A stretch of DNA of 33,045 nucleotides from Candidatus Doudnabacteria bacterium RIFCSPHIGHO2_01_FULL_45_18 (GCA_001779915.1 MFEJ01000007.1:1-33045); one strand, 5' to 3'; counted from the stretch's first letter, positions 1 to 8,692 are shown. Notes: generated by a model from the letters alone, not told the origin. Program-made: numbers and translations.

Positions 1-354
1 CCGATATACAAAGCCAATGTTCAAACTTTCGTGACTCTCCGTAATGTTACTCCTAAAGTTTCACTTGAGATTCTACGCAGGCTACCAGCTTATTTCAAAA
101 ATCCTACGGACCATTTTTCTCTCGATCCATCTTTCGAGCCGGACAGAGAAAATATTCCAGAAAATCTCAGGCATATTCCAGTAAACGACGATAATACTCG
201 AATCTTCAAAGAACTCCAACTGTGCAATAGACATGGATTGATAACCCCTGTAGACGCTGAGCATATGTATTATGCCGCTATTAACTCCAAGGCGTGCAAA
301 TTAACAGCATTGGGTGCCCATTACCGCAAACTCGCTGAAATGGCAAGAATTTGA
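1..354 (+). CDS. C-terminal part of a probable caspase-like (peptidase C14) protein, type IV Thoeris effector-like; 5' end outside window
   Basis: Frame 1 is open from base 1 (PIYKANVQTFVTLRNV...F.LDPSFEP...PVDAEHMYYAAINSKACKLTALGAHY). This resembles, from recall, the C-terminal region of TIR-associated bacterial caspase-like proteases. The catalytic His/Cys lie outside the window. Confidence 0.6.
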   Translation, partial: PIYKANVQTFVTLRNVTPKVSLEILRRLPAYFKNPTDHFSLDPSFEPDRENIPENLRHIPVNDDNTRIFKELQLCNRHGLITPVDAEHMYYAAINSKACKLTALGAHYRKLAEMARI

Positions 355-390
355 TGGATCCAATATCCTAGTCTCATCTAAAACTCTAAT

Positions 391-433
391 CAAAAGTGAC
401 ACATTTAGTAAGCCCATAAATGTGTCACTTTTG
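391..433. repeat. Perfect 17-bp inverted repeat with 9-nt spacer
   Basis: CAAAAGTGACACATTTA (391-407) and TAAATGTGTCACTTTTG (417-433). Confidence 0.9.
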
Positions 434-538
434 TAACATTTCAAAATTAGACCCCTGGAAAAGTCGCGGGGTGATACACCTTTGAAGTGTCCCATTTTAC
501 CCCTACCTAAGTGCCTAATTTTGAGTTATAATTTATCT

Positions 539-659
539 ATCGAATACCCTTTGAAAAGCCCTACCCGGTTGGTCGGCAACAGGAGGGGCACCCCAGTTAG
601 TGAGACCGAAGAGGGTCCTTAACTCCCAAATAAAGAATCGCCGGATAGGCGGTTTTTTG
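539..659 (+). ncRNA. Candidate structured RNA or riboswitch ending in an intrinsic terminator
   Basis: TATAAT near 527-532. GC-rich nested stems (ACCCTTT/AGAGGGT, GCCCT/GGGGC, GTTG/CAAC). Terminator AATCGCC-GGATA-GGCGGTT followed by a T-tract. Confidence 0.35.
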
Positions 660-667
660 TTTTGGAC

Positions 668-712
668 TTGACAGCACCCTTATTTATGGTACTATATAGG
701 GGTATAGGGTAT
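668..712 (+). promoter_or_regulatory. Sigma70 promoter with overlapping CsoR-type G-tract operator
   Basis: TTGACA (668-673), TGG-TACTAT (-10 at 690-695), followed by TATAGGGGTATAGGGTAT, resembling TAC..GGGGTA CsoR/RcnR operators. Confidence 0.6.
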
Positions 713-729
713 TATTAAACTTAAGTATC

Positions 730-1011
730 ATGAATCACAAACTGGATCAGAAGCTCAAGAACCGAGCCATACACAGGGCAAAGATTATAGGAGGACAACT
801 AGAGGGCCTGGTCAAGTCTATTGAGAGCGAGGAGTATTGTCCTATTTTACTGGAACGATCCTTAGCTATCCAAAAGTCGCTTAAAAGTTTAAACGCCTTT
901 TTGCTTGAAAACCATCTTAAAATCCACGTAACACATCAGATCAAGCATGAAGGACAAGAGGAGAAGGCCATTAAGGAATTAATTAAGGTGTATACCTTAT
1001 CGAATAGATAA
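730..1011 (+). CDS. csoR: CsoR/RcnR family metal-sensing repressor
   Basis: R.K.I.GQLEG..K.IE.E.YC..IL...A...SL and L..HL..H motifs; heads a metal-resistance cluster. Confidence 0.85.
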   Translation: MNHKLDQKLKNRAIHRAKIIGGQLEGLVKSIESEEYCPILLERSLAIQKSLKSLNAFLLENHLKIHVTHQIKHEGQEEKAIKELIKVYTLSNR

Positions 1012-1015
1012 ATAT

Positions 1016-1147
1016 ATGATGGGTAATTATGGAAATGTGTTTGGTTGGGGTTTTGGCGGAGGTATTATGATGCTCGTATTTTGGATCGCAGTGATTGTGT
1101 GCATTGCGCAGTCGGTAAAAGAAATAAGTGGCAAGCAGAACGATTAA
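1016..1147 (+). CDS. 43-aa membrane peptide resembling the N-terminus of SHOCT-domain proteins of copper operons (SHOCT part absent)
   Basis: Manual translation MMGNYGNVFGWGFGGGIMMLVFWIAVIVCIAQSVKEISGKQND; below the ORF-track size cutoff. Confidence 0.6.
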   Translation: MMGNYGNVFGWGFGGGIMMLVFWIAVIVCIAQSVKEISGKQND

Positions 1148-1172
1148 TCTTATTTTAAGTAAGTACCACGCC

Positions 1173-1403
1173 ATGTCAAACAATCATAAAAATGCCGGGC
1201 ATAAAGGAATGACGTGGATGATGATTTCCTGTCTCCTCCTACTGGGTGTTCTATTTCTTCGTGGGGATAATCTATCTTTAGGCGGAGACATCTGGCCAAT
1301 TCTTGTCGGGGTCTTTATGGTCGCACATGTCTGGGTGATGTTAAAAGGCCACGATGGCGATACTAGCCGGGATTACCACGAACATGACCCTAAACATCAA
1401 TAA
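1173..1403 (+). CDS. Small His/Met-rich two-TM protein (DUF2933-like)
   Basis: Two hydrophobic segments, MMISC and H.W.M..GH motifs, His-rich tail. Confidence 0.6.
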   Translation: MSNNHKNAGHKGMTWMMISCLLLLGVLFLRGDNLSLGGDIWPILVGVFMVAHVWVMLKGHDGDTSRDYHEHDPKHQ

Positions 1404-1407
1404 CACT

Positions 1408-1917
1408 ATGACCAAACAAGTAAAAATTATAGGCGGTATCGGGATAGGAATTGTGGCATTAGGAGCCTTGCTGTTTTATGCACAACCATCAAGCAATCAA
1501 CCCTCTGGCACGTTTGACAGGAATGCTCCGTCAAATGCCATTTCGGTACTAGGAGCAAGTAACTACGACTTTGGCCCAATATCCATGAAAAACGGGAAGG
1601 TCAGCACGACTTTCAAAATTAAAAATATACAAAGCGAACCAGTAACATTAAGTAAACTCTATACCTCATGCATGTGCACAGAAGTGACACTCAAAGTTGC
1701 AAGCAGGACGCAGGGACCCTTTAGTATGTTAGGACATGGCCCTATCCCAAAATTCAACGAAATTTTACAGCCCAATGAGGAAGCAGAGATTGAAGTTGTC
1801 TATGATCCGGCGGCACACGGCCCCTCCGGTGTAGGAAAAATTCAAAGAACGGTAACACTAGAAAATAATACCGGACAGCCAGTTGAACTTCTGGTTGCCG
1901 CTAATGTTACGCCTTAA
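1408..1917 (+). CDS. Membrane-anchored DUF1573 (Ig-like) protein
   Basis: N-terminal TM; YDFG.I, F.IKN, TSCMCT and PAAHGPSG.G...R.V.L motifs. Confidence 0.75.
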   Translation: MTKQVKIIGGIGIGIVALGALLFYAQPSSNQPSGTFDRNAPSNAISVLGASNYDFGPISMKNGKVSTTFKIKNIQSEPVTLSKLYTSCMCTEVTLKVASRTQGPFSMLGHGPIPKFNEILQPNEEAEIEVVYDPAAHGPSGVGKIQRTVTLENNTGQPVELLVAANVTP

Positions 1918-1922
1918 ATTTT

Positions 1923-2711
1923 ATGAATAAATACCGAAATCTTATTGTGCTAGTTGCCACCGCCCTGCTTCTGTTTGGAGGAGCTATTTTCTTCCAAAAA
2001 TTTCAGTTAGGTGGGGAGTGGCTATGGAGCATAAGCGACGGCGGTAAAGCACTTTTGCCGCTCATTGTCGTTTCGTCGCTGGTAGACAGCATCAACCCTT
2101 GTGCTTTCTCCATCTTAATTGTCAGTATTATTTTCCTGTTCAGCTTGGGTAAAACTCGAGAGAAAATTTTGAAATACGGTCTGTTTTATATCTTAGGAAT
2201 CTTTGCGGTCTACCTACTGATCGGCTTAGGACTTCTCCAAGTCCTCCATATTTTTAATGTTCCGCACTTCATGTCAAAGGTCGGAGCAGGACTACTGATC
2301 TTTTTCGGCATCGTAAATATTTTAGAGACGCTGTTTCCAAAGTTTCCGATTCGCTTTGCTATTCCCCACAGTGCTCACAGCAAGATGAACCAGCTGATAG
2401 AAAAAGTCAGCTTGCCGGGCATGTTCGCATTGGGAGCACTGGTCGGCCTGTGCGAGTTTCCATGCACTGGCGGACCCTACTTAACTACCGTGGGATTGTT
2501 GCACGACATGAAGACCTATTGGATAGGTGCCGGTTATCTCGTTCTCTACAATCTCATCTTTATCTCACCGCTTGTAGTGATTCTCTCGATCGCCAGCAAT
2601 AAAGTATTGGTAGAAAAGGTGCAAGACTTCCAAAAATTAAACAAGAGATGGATGAAAGTTGTTGCCGGATTCTTAATGATCGTCTTAGCTTTCGTCATCC
2701 TAAGTCTTTAA
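1923..2711 (+). CDS. CcdA/DsbD-TM family (cytochrome c biogenesis-like) thiol-exchange membrane protein
   Basis: DSINPCAF and CEFPCTGGPY motifs, multiple TM helices. Confidence 0.8.
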   Translation: MNKYRNLIVLVATALLLFGGAIFFQKFQLGGEWLWSISDGGKALLPLIVVSSLVDSINPCAFSILIVSIIFLFSLGKTREKILKYGLFYILGIFAVYLLIGLGLLQVLHIFNVPHFMSKVGAGLLIFFGIVNILETLFPKFPIRFAIPHSAHSKMNQLIEKVSLPGMFALGALVGLCEFPCTGGPYLTTVGLLHDMKTYWIGAGYLVLYNLIFISPLVVILSIASNKVLVEKVQDFQKLNKRWMKVVAGFLMIVLAFVILSL

Positions 2712-2715
2712 CTCC

Positions 2716-3123
2716 ATGATCTATTATCTTTTAATAATTTTTCTTCTCACCCTTGTATTCTGGGTATTATACAGATCTCGGATTATCGCTTTTTGTCCAA
2801 TCTGTGCGGTGACGGTGATTACTTGGGTCGGTGGACTACTGGCGATACATCTGCGCGTTTCGTGGGCTAACCCTTTCGTTGTCGCTATTCTTATGGGAGC
2901 AAGTATGGGGGCGTTAGCAGAAAAGTACGGCCGCCGATTCGGGTTGCTTTGGAAAACGGCAATGATACTTCTTGGCATAAGCTCGATCTATTTCCTTGTC
3001 CAGCCAGATGGACTCTATGAAGGTCTGGGAATTACCACCGTTCTGCTTGGTATTACATTTTTTTCACACAAAGGTACACCAGCAGAGCATGTGCGTGGAG
3101 ATTTATTTAAAGATTGTTGCTAA
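2716..3123 (+). CDS. Membrane protein with CPIC motif and C-terminal CC
   Basis: Hydrophobic ORF, operonic spacing on both sides. Confidence 0.7.
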   Translation: MIYYLLIIFLLTLVFWVLYRSRIIAFCPICAVTVITWVGGLLAIHLRVSWANPFVVAILMGASMGALAEKYGRRFGLLWKTAMILLGISSIYFLVQPDGLYEGLGITTVLLGITFFSHKGTPAEHVRGDLFKDCC

Positions 3124-3127
3124 AATC

Positions 3128-5302
3128 ATGAACCACAATCATCACACACCCGAAGAAACTTTGTATACCTGCCCTATGCATCCAGAAGTAGTTAAAAATG
3201 CACCTGGCAAATGCCCGGGATGCGGGATGGATTTGATTCCAAAAAAACCCGATCCGCGCGCGGGTCACGATATGCAAAAAATGAGCGGTATGGATCATGA
3301 AGCGGCGATGACGAATCCGGCAATGGCCAAGCAGATGGAAGCGGACATGCGCCGCCGATTTTGGATTTCCTTTTTGCTGTCCATTCCTATTTTTCTATAT
3401 TCTCCGGTAGGAGTTATTTTTTTCAAACTGAATCTTCCTGCGCCAATCCCTATTAACTGGATACTTTTTATTCTTACCACGCCAATTGTCTTTTGGACTG
3501 GTTCCATTTTTATTACCGGTACTTATTATTCGCTCAAAGCTAAAAAACTCAATATGGCCGTGCTTATTGCTACCGGCGTTTTGGCGGCATATCTTTTCAG
3601 CGTACTGTTAACATTTATCCGTCCGGAGTCGGAAACCTTCTATGAAGCGGCGGCTTTATTGGTAACCTTCGTACTTTTTGGTCACTGGATGGAAATGAAG
3701 TCGCGACGGGGAACTTCCGATGCGCTCCGTGCGCTTTTCGACCTGGTGCCGCCCAAAGCCAAGGTCATTCGTTCTGGCAAAGAGATCAGTATCCCCAGTG
3801 CGGAAATAGTTCAGGGCGATATCGTTGTGCTTAGGCCCGGCGACAAGGTGCCGGTGGATGGTGAAGTAATCCTGGGCGAAACTTCTATTGACGAATCACT
3901 GGTCACCGGGGAATCTATCCCGGTCACTAAAACCGTCGGTGCAAAAGTGGTGGGAGGATCGGTAAATCTTACCGGTCTTGCACAATTTAAAGCCACAAAA
4001 GTGGGATCGGAAACGGTATTGGCACAGATCATAAAAATGGTTGAGACCGCACAGAACTCCAAAGCTCCCGGTCAGCGCATGGCGGACAAAGCTGCCGGTG
4101 GGCTTGTTATGGTGGCCATTGGTTCCGGTCTGGCCGCCTTCTTTGGGTGGTATTTTGGTGCTGATGCCGGACTTCTCACCGCTTTGACATTTGCTATTTC
4201 AACAATTGTTATCGCATGCCCTGATGCATTGGGGCTGGCGACGCCGACGGCCGTTGCGGTCGGGACTGGTATTGGCGCAAAACATAATATTCTCATTAAG
4301 GATGCGGCGACACTTGAAAATACCTCGAGGCTTACAGCTATCGTGCTTGATAAAACCGGCACGCTCACGGAGGGCAAGCCAAAAGTTACTGAAGTCGTTG
4401 TCCGCTCCGGATACGAGCATCACGAAGTCTTATCGCTTGCCGCTTCGGCCGAACGAGGTTCAAATCATCCCATCAGTCTCGCTATTCTCGAAGAAGCGCA
4501 AAAGAATGGTCTTGAGACAAATGAAAAAGTAGAAAAGTTTGAGAGCATCGGCGGGCACGGCGTCAAAGCCATGGTCAACGGCAAGTCTGTTATTGCGGGC
4601 ACTGAACGCCTGATGCAACAAAACAAGATTAATCTCTCGCCGATCAAAAAAGAAATTGACCGTCTCCTTAATACCGGAAATACCATTAGCATTGTAGCCA
4701 TTAATGGACAGGTGGCAGGTGCCATCGGTGTCGCTGACACCATTCGGCTATCAGCTAAGAAATCAATATCCGCACTTAAGTCGCTTGGACTAGAGGTCGC
4801 AATGATTACCGGGGATCATGAACAAGTAGCCAAGGTGGTATCAAGCGAACTCGGCATAGATCGCTATTTTGCTCAAGTGCTTCCCGAAGAAAAGGCAAAG
4901 TATGTCAAAAAACTCCAAGATGAGGGTAAGTTTGTCGCTATGGTTGGAGATGGCATCAATGACGCTCCGGCCCTAGCGCAAGCAGATATCGGCATTGCTA
5001 TCGGTGCCGGTACGGACGTAGCTATCGAAACCGGCAACATCGTGCTCATGAAGTCAGATCCTTACGATATTGTGGTCGCCATCAGGTTATCCAAAGCCAC
5101 CGTCACCAAAATGAAGCAGAATCTCTTTTGGGCGGCTATCTACAACATACTGGCTATTCCAGTCGCGGCCGGGGTGTTTTATCCTTCGCTCGGCTGGTCG
5201 CTTCGGCCGGAGATTGCCGCTTTGCTTATGTCTGCTTCCTCGATCATTGTTGCCACAAATGCGGTACTGCTGAAGCGCGTTGAACCAAAATTAAAGGTAT
5301 AG
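3128..5302 (+). CDS. copA: Copper-translocating P1B-type ATPase
   Basis: YTCPMHP..CPGCGM metal-binding domain, TGES, CPDALG, DKTGT, HP, GDGINDAP, YN and MSASS motifs. Start set at ATG 3128, 4 nt after the upstream stop. Confidence 0.92.
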   Translation: MNHNHHTPEETLYTCPMHPEVVKNAPGKCPGCGMDLIPKKPDPRAGHDMQKMSGMDHEAAMTNPAMAKQMEADMRRRFWISFLLSIPIFLYSPVGVIFFKLNLPAPIPINWILFILTTPIVFWTGSIFITGTYYSLKAKKLNMAVLIATGVLAAYLFSVLLTFIRPESETFYEAAALLVTFVLFGHWMEMKSRRGTSDALRALFDLVPPKAKVIRSGKEISIPSAEIVQGDIVVLRPGDKVPVDGEVILGETSIDESLVTGESIPVTKTVGAKVVGGSVNLTGLAQFKATKVGSETVLAQIIKMVETAQNSKAPGQRMADKAAGGLVMVAIGSGLAAFFGWYFGADAGLLTALTFAISTIVIACPDALGLATPTAVAVGTGIGAKHNILIKDAATLENTSRLTAIVLDKTGTLTEGKPKVTEVVVRSGYEHHEVLSLAASAERGSNHPISLAILEEAQKNGLETNEKVEKFESIGGHGVKAMVNGKSVIAGTERLMQQNKINLSPIKKEIDRLLNTGNTISIVAINGQVAGAIGVADTIRLSAKKSISALKSLGLEVAMITGDHEQVAKVVSSELGIDRYFAQVLPEEKAKYVKKLQDEGKFVAMVGDGINDAPALAQADIGIAIGAGTDVAIETGNIVLMKSDPYDIVVAIRLSKATVTKMKQNLFWAAIYNILAIPVAAGVFYPSLGWSLRPEIAALLMSASSIIVATNAVLLKRVEPKLKV

Positions 5303-5316
5303 TTAACCAAAAGCCT

Positions 5317-5432
5317 ATGAAAAATATCTTTACATCGGTCTTGATGCCGTAGTTATCATTGCAGGAGCGATCTTTCTGTCCCAGAATCAATCGCCTGGAA
5401 CGTTTGTTGTTCACCAAAGGGCGGTTTTTTGA
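5317..5432 (+). pseudogene. Remnant N-terminal signal anchor of a truncated gene
   Basis: One frameshift in the poly-A after ATG gives MKKYLYIGLDAVVIIAGAIFLSQNQSPGTF... Confidence 0.35.
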
Positions 5433-5444
5433 TATCATTTAAGT

Positions 5445-6089
5445 ATGCACAACAAGAGGATTTTTTATACCGTAGTTTTACTGCTGTTTCTAGCGCTTTT
5501 ATTTCAGTCATCCATATTTTTGCAAGAAATTTTGCGGGAATTTACGGGTTCGCTGATTGGCTTTGAAGAATTTAATCCCAGGCCGGCCATGATTTTGTTT
5601 GTCCTTTTTGCCAGTCTTTCCGTGCTAGCCGGTCCGTTTAGCAGTTTTCCGTTGGTCCCACCCGCGGTTTTAATTTGGGGCTTACCCATGACTTTAGTGT
5701 TGCTTTACTTAGGTTGGCTGATGGGGAACTGTATCGCGTACTTTATTGGTAGATTTTTTGGCCGGTTTTTGGTGGATAAAATCGTGGGCGAGGCCAAGGT
5801 TGGTAATTGGATTAATTCTTTGAAAGCAAAACTTACTTTTTTCTATTTGCTGTTGTTTCGGATAGCCACACCCTCAGAAACCGGTTATGCGTTTGGGGTC
5901 ATTCATTACGACTTTGCCAAATATTTGATTATTTCTATGCTCGCGGAATTACCATTTGTGCTTCTCATGGTATATGCCGGCGAAGCTTTCACCAGATCCA
6001 GCACGTACGCGCTCATCAGTCTGGTTTGGATCTGGGCGATCATTATTTTTTTGGCTCTATATTTTTTTCGGAAAGCGAGCAAACGGTAG
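5445..6089 (+). CDS. TVP38/TMEM64 (VTT/DedA-like) membrane protein
   Basis: P....P.V..WG...T......G...G..IAYFIGR and LFR..Y.FG pattern. Confidence 0.8.
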   Translation: MHNKRIFYTVVLLLFLALLFQSSIFLQEILREFTGSLIGFEEFNPRPAMILFVLFASLSVLAGPFSSFPLVPPAVLIWGLPMTLVLLYLGWLMGNCIAYFIGRFFGRFLVDKIVGEAKVGNWINSLKAKLTFFYLLLFRIATPSETGYAFGVIHYDFAKYLIISMLAELPFVLLMVYAGEAFTRSSTYALISLVWIWAIIIFLALYFFRKASKR

Positions 6090-6141
6090 CATTTTTTGGT
6101 ATAATGAAAACATAACTAACACATAGTCTGCAAGGACCCTT

Positions 6142-6690
6142 ATGCGCAAGATGTTTGAAAAACCCCGAGATATTATGTTATATCAGGAACGGACCGAGGA
6201 GCAAGAATTTGGCCGGGCCAAGAAAGCATACCGGATTTGCAGCAAATGTCGGGCGGTTTATTTTACCAAATCCTGGCATCATATTGACGCCATCGACGTG
6301 GCGAAAATTAAAAAACGTAGCACGCTTTGGGTCACTCGTTGTCCGGCCTGCCAAATGATCGCTGACCACCAGTACGAAGGAGCACTAACGATTAAAGATA
6401 TTCCCAAAAAATTTGCTGATGAATTACTGCATTTGATTAAGGCCTTTAGTAAAAGAGCTTATGAAAAAAATTGCCAGCATCGTTTAATCGCGGTAACGAA
6501 AGAAAGCCAAGACGCGTGGACAGTGACCACCACAGAAAATCAGCTGGCCAGCAAATTGGCAAAAAAAATCAAAGATGTCTTTGACCGAGTGGAACTGAAG
6601 GTCGCTTATTCCAAACAGCCGGATGATGTGGAGCGAATTTTGGTTCGATTCAAGCCTTATTTATCCTTGACCCCGAACAAAAAGCATTAG
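6142..6690 (+). CDS. BCAM0308/NMD3-like zinc-ribbon protein
   Basis: CSKC.AVY..K.W, CPACQ and TTTENQLA..LA.KI motifs. Confidence 0.7.
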   Translation: MRKMFEKPRDIMLYQERTEEQEFGRAKKAYRICSKCRAVYFTKSWHHIDAIDVAKIKKRSTLWVTRCPACQMIADHQYEGALTIKDIPKKFADELLHLIKAFSKRAYEKNCQHRLIAVTKESQDAWTVTTTENQLASKLAKKIKDVFDRVELKVAYSKQPDDVERILVRFKPYLSLTPNKKH

Positions 6691-6754
6691 TAAAAGTTAA
6701 TGTTTTTTGTTATAATTAAATTAGTCAGATAATTAAGTTGTTGGAAACAAACAT

Positions 6755-7123
6755 ATGTCAAATATGCAAAAAATGGAGTGGGTACTCAAAATCGGGGTAG
6801 CGGGCGAGTTCGTGGGTCATGGAGTTTTTGCGATCCAAGGCAAAAAGGATTGGATTGGCTGGATAGACCGGCTGCTTAATACTGGGGACGCAACCGCGGC
6901 AACTCTATTGATGATTGTCGGAATTATAGACATAGCGATTGCTTTAATCGTCTTGTTCCGACCGGTCAATTGGGTTTTGCTTTGGGCAGCGTTTTGGGGA
7001 CTATGGACGGCCCTGGTCCGGCCGATGATGGGACTTCCGGTATGGGATTTCATCGAGCGCTTTGCCAATTGGGCGGCTCCGCTTGCGCTTTATTATTTTT
7101 ATAACAGAAATAAAAGTCAGTAA
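6755..7123 (+). CDS. DoxX-like small membrane protein
   Basis: EFVGHG..A, G..D and W.F.ER..NW.APLAL motifs. Confidence 0.6.
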   Translation: MSNMQKMEWVLKIGVAGEFVGHGVFAIQGKKDWIGWIDRLLNTGDATAATLLMIVGIIDIAIALIVLFRPVNWVLLWAAFWGLWTALVRPMMGLPVWDFIERFANWAAPLALYYFYNRNKSQ

Positions 7124-7128
7124 AAGTT

Positions 7129-7165
7129 AAAAAATCGTCCCGACTGTCGTCGCGGACGATTTTTT
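7129..7165. terminator. Bidirectional intrinsic terminator
   Basis: AAAAAATCGTCC...GGACGATTTTTT. Confidence 0.75.
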
Positions 7166-7199
7166 GTTATAATTAAGTTATAAGGATTAAGCAAACAGT

Positions 7200-7793
7200 A
7201 TGAATAACGAAAAATTATTATATGGAGTCGCGGGATTAGGGCTGGGTATTATAATAACTTGGATAGTTGCGTCCTCGGGGACACAGATGTTGGGGTCAAG
7301 AAATTCTATGATGACGGATATGGGTGATGTTGATGAGCACTTTATTGACCAAATGATTCCCCACCATGAAGATGCGGTTACTATGTCAGAATTGGCATTG
7401 GTCAAAGCCGAGCATCAGGAGCTTAAGGACCTCGCCCAAAGAATCATTACAGTTCAAAATCAAGAAGTTGAGCAGATGAAACAGTGGCGAAAGGATTGGT
7501 TTGGATTGGGCGGACTGTTGATAAAAGTAGCTTCAGCTCATGGTTTTGAACACGGCTTGAATATGGGGATGATGGGCGACACCTCTGATCTGGAAGAACT
7601 AGAAAATGCCCAACCTTTTGACAAAAAGTTCATTGAAGAAATGATCCCGCATCACCAAATGGCCGTAATGATGGCGCGCATGCTTTTGAACACCACGCAA
7701 CGAACAGAAATGAAAAAATTGGCTAATGACATTGTCTCTAGCCAAAACCAGGAAATCGAACAAATGCGGGCCTGGTACAAAGCGTGGTATTAG
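7200..7793 (+). CDS. DUF305/CopM-like copper metallochaperone
   Basis: Two FI..MIPHH..AV.M...LA..I...Q.QE.EQM..W repeats; N-terminal TM. Confidence 0.88.
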   Translation: MNNEKLLYGVAGLGLGIIITWIVASSGTQMLGSRNSMMTDMGDVDEHFIDQMIPHHEDAVTMSELALVKAEHQELKDLAQRIITVQNQEVEQMKQWRKDWFGLGGLLIKVASAHGFEHGLNMGMMGDTSDLEELENAQPFDKKFIEEMIPHHQMAVMMARMLLNTTQRTEMKKLANDIVSSQNQEIEQMRAWYKAWY

Positions 7794-7847
7794 TCGGAGA
7801 TTTTTAATTTAACAAAGGTCGAATACCAATTAAATAAAAGAATAATT

Positions 7848-8102
7848 ATGATCAATGTTAATCATCTGCTGAAAGTCAACGCGGCCTGGATCAGCATCGT
7901 CTATGTCGTGTGTTTTGCGGGGGCGGGAATGTTTTCCGGAATGCGTCCGGGTTTGATGATGCATGGCTGGCACATGAGCGGGTATGCGGGCCAGAATGTT
8001 TTGACTTTTAATACTTTTCTTTCCGGCCTGGTCATCTGGAATGTCGTGGCTTTTCTGGCGGTCTGGCTTTTCGCAGCGCTCTACAATGGAATTAAAAAAT
8101 AA
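7848..8102 (+). CDS. DUF5676-like small membrane protein
   Basis: SIVYVVC, HM and LFA.LYN pattern seen in copper clusters. Confidence 0.65.
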   Translation: MINVNHLLKVNAAWISIVYVVCFAGAGMFSGMRPGLMMHGWHMSGYAGQNVLTFNTFLSGLVIWNVVAFLAVWLFAALYNGIKK

Positions 8103-8111
8103 GCTGTTTTG

Positions 8112-8306
8112 ATGGATCATAAGTATCATACCGAGCATGCTCACGACAAACACGTCGGGCATTCGCCAACTGTTCCGGGAAACTTAAGGCTGCCGGATTG
8201 TTCGGAGTAATTTTATCAGCAGCAATTGGTGCCTGATTAATGTCAAATAAGCACGATAATTGTCGTTTTGAACGCGTAGCTTTTAAGAAAGCTGAAATTG
8301 GCTTGA
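8112..8306 (+). pseudogene. Internally deleted CopB-type P1B ATPase remnant
   Basis: His-rich N-terminus MDHKYHTEHAHDKHVGHSP joined directly to C-terminal AAGLFGVILSAAIGA*LMS/ISTIIVVLNA*LLRKLKLA, with stops and frameshifts. Confidence 0.75.
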
Positions 8307-8398
8307 AAGTTTACAAATTCTTTTTTTCGGCATATGCTGATGTTGATCGTTGTTGATAAACAGGATACAAAAAATCCCACAAAAAGGGGGTGAAACAA

Positions 8399-8587
8399 AT
8401 GAATAAAGCAAGTTTGAATAAGCTCGCCCATTACTTACTCATAGTTGGCGGTTTGAATTGGGGCTTGGCCATTTGGGGCTATGATATAGCCACCTGGGGC
8501 TTAGGCATGGTTGTGATCAAGATTATTTACGCTCTGGTCGGTCTCGCTGCTCTTTACGTACTGCTTGGCATGGGTAATCGCCAATAA
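8399..8587 (+). CDS. DUF378 family small membrane protein
   Basis: L.IVGGLNWGL...IIY.LVGLAALY signature; SD-like AGGGGGTGA upstream. Confidence 0.85.
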   Translation: MNKASLNKLAHYLLIVGGLNWGLAIWGYDIATWGLGMVVIKIIYALVGLAALYVLLGMGNRQ

Positions 8588-8613
8588 GGTCTAGCAGATA
8601 TTTTGAAATTTTA

Positions 8614-8641
8614 AAAACAGCTTCCGAGTGAGGCTGTTTTT
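8614..8641 (+). terminator. Intrinsic terminator
   Basis: AAAACAGCTTC-CGAGT-GAGGCTGTTTTT. Confidence 0.7.
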
Positions 8642-8692
8642 GATATGGTTGGCCAGTGGACTTTTTTTATTGACGCGAGTAAAATGAATAAG

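Noticed and set aside
384-452. Integron attC site
   Set aside because: TCTAAT/ATTAGA flanks exist, but the RYYYAAC/GTTRRRY cores and extrahelical bases are missing, and the recombinase in the window looks Xer-like without the IntI insertion.
2996-3127. Extended N-terminus of the ATPase given in the ORF track
   Set aside because: It overlaps the upstream CDS; ATG 3128 gives a typical His-rich start.
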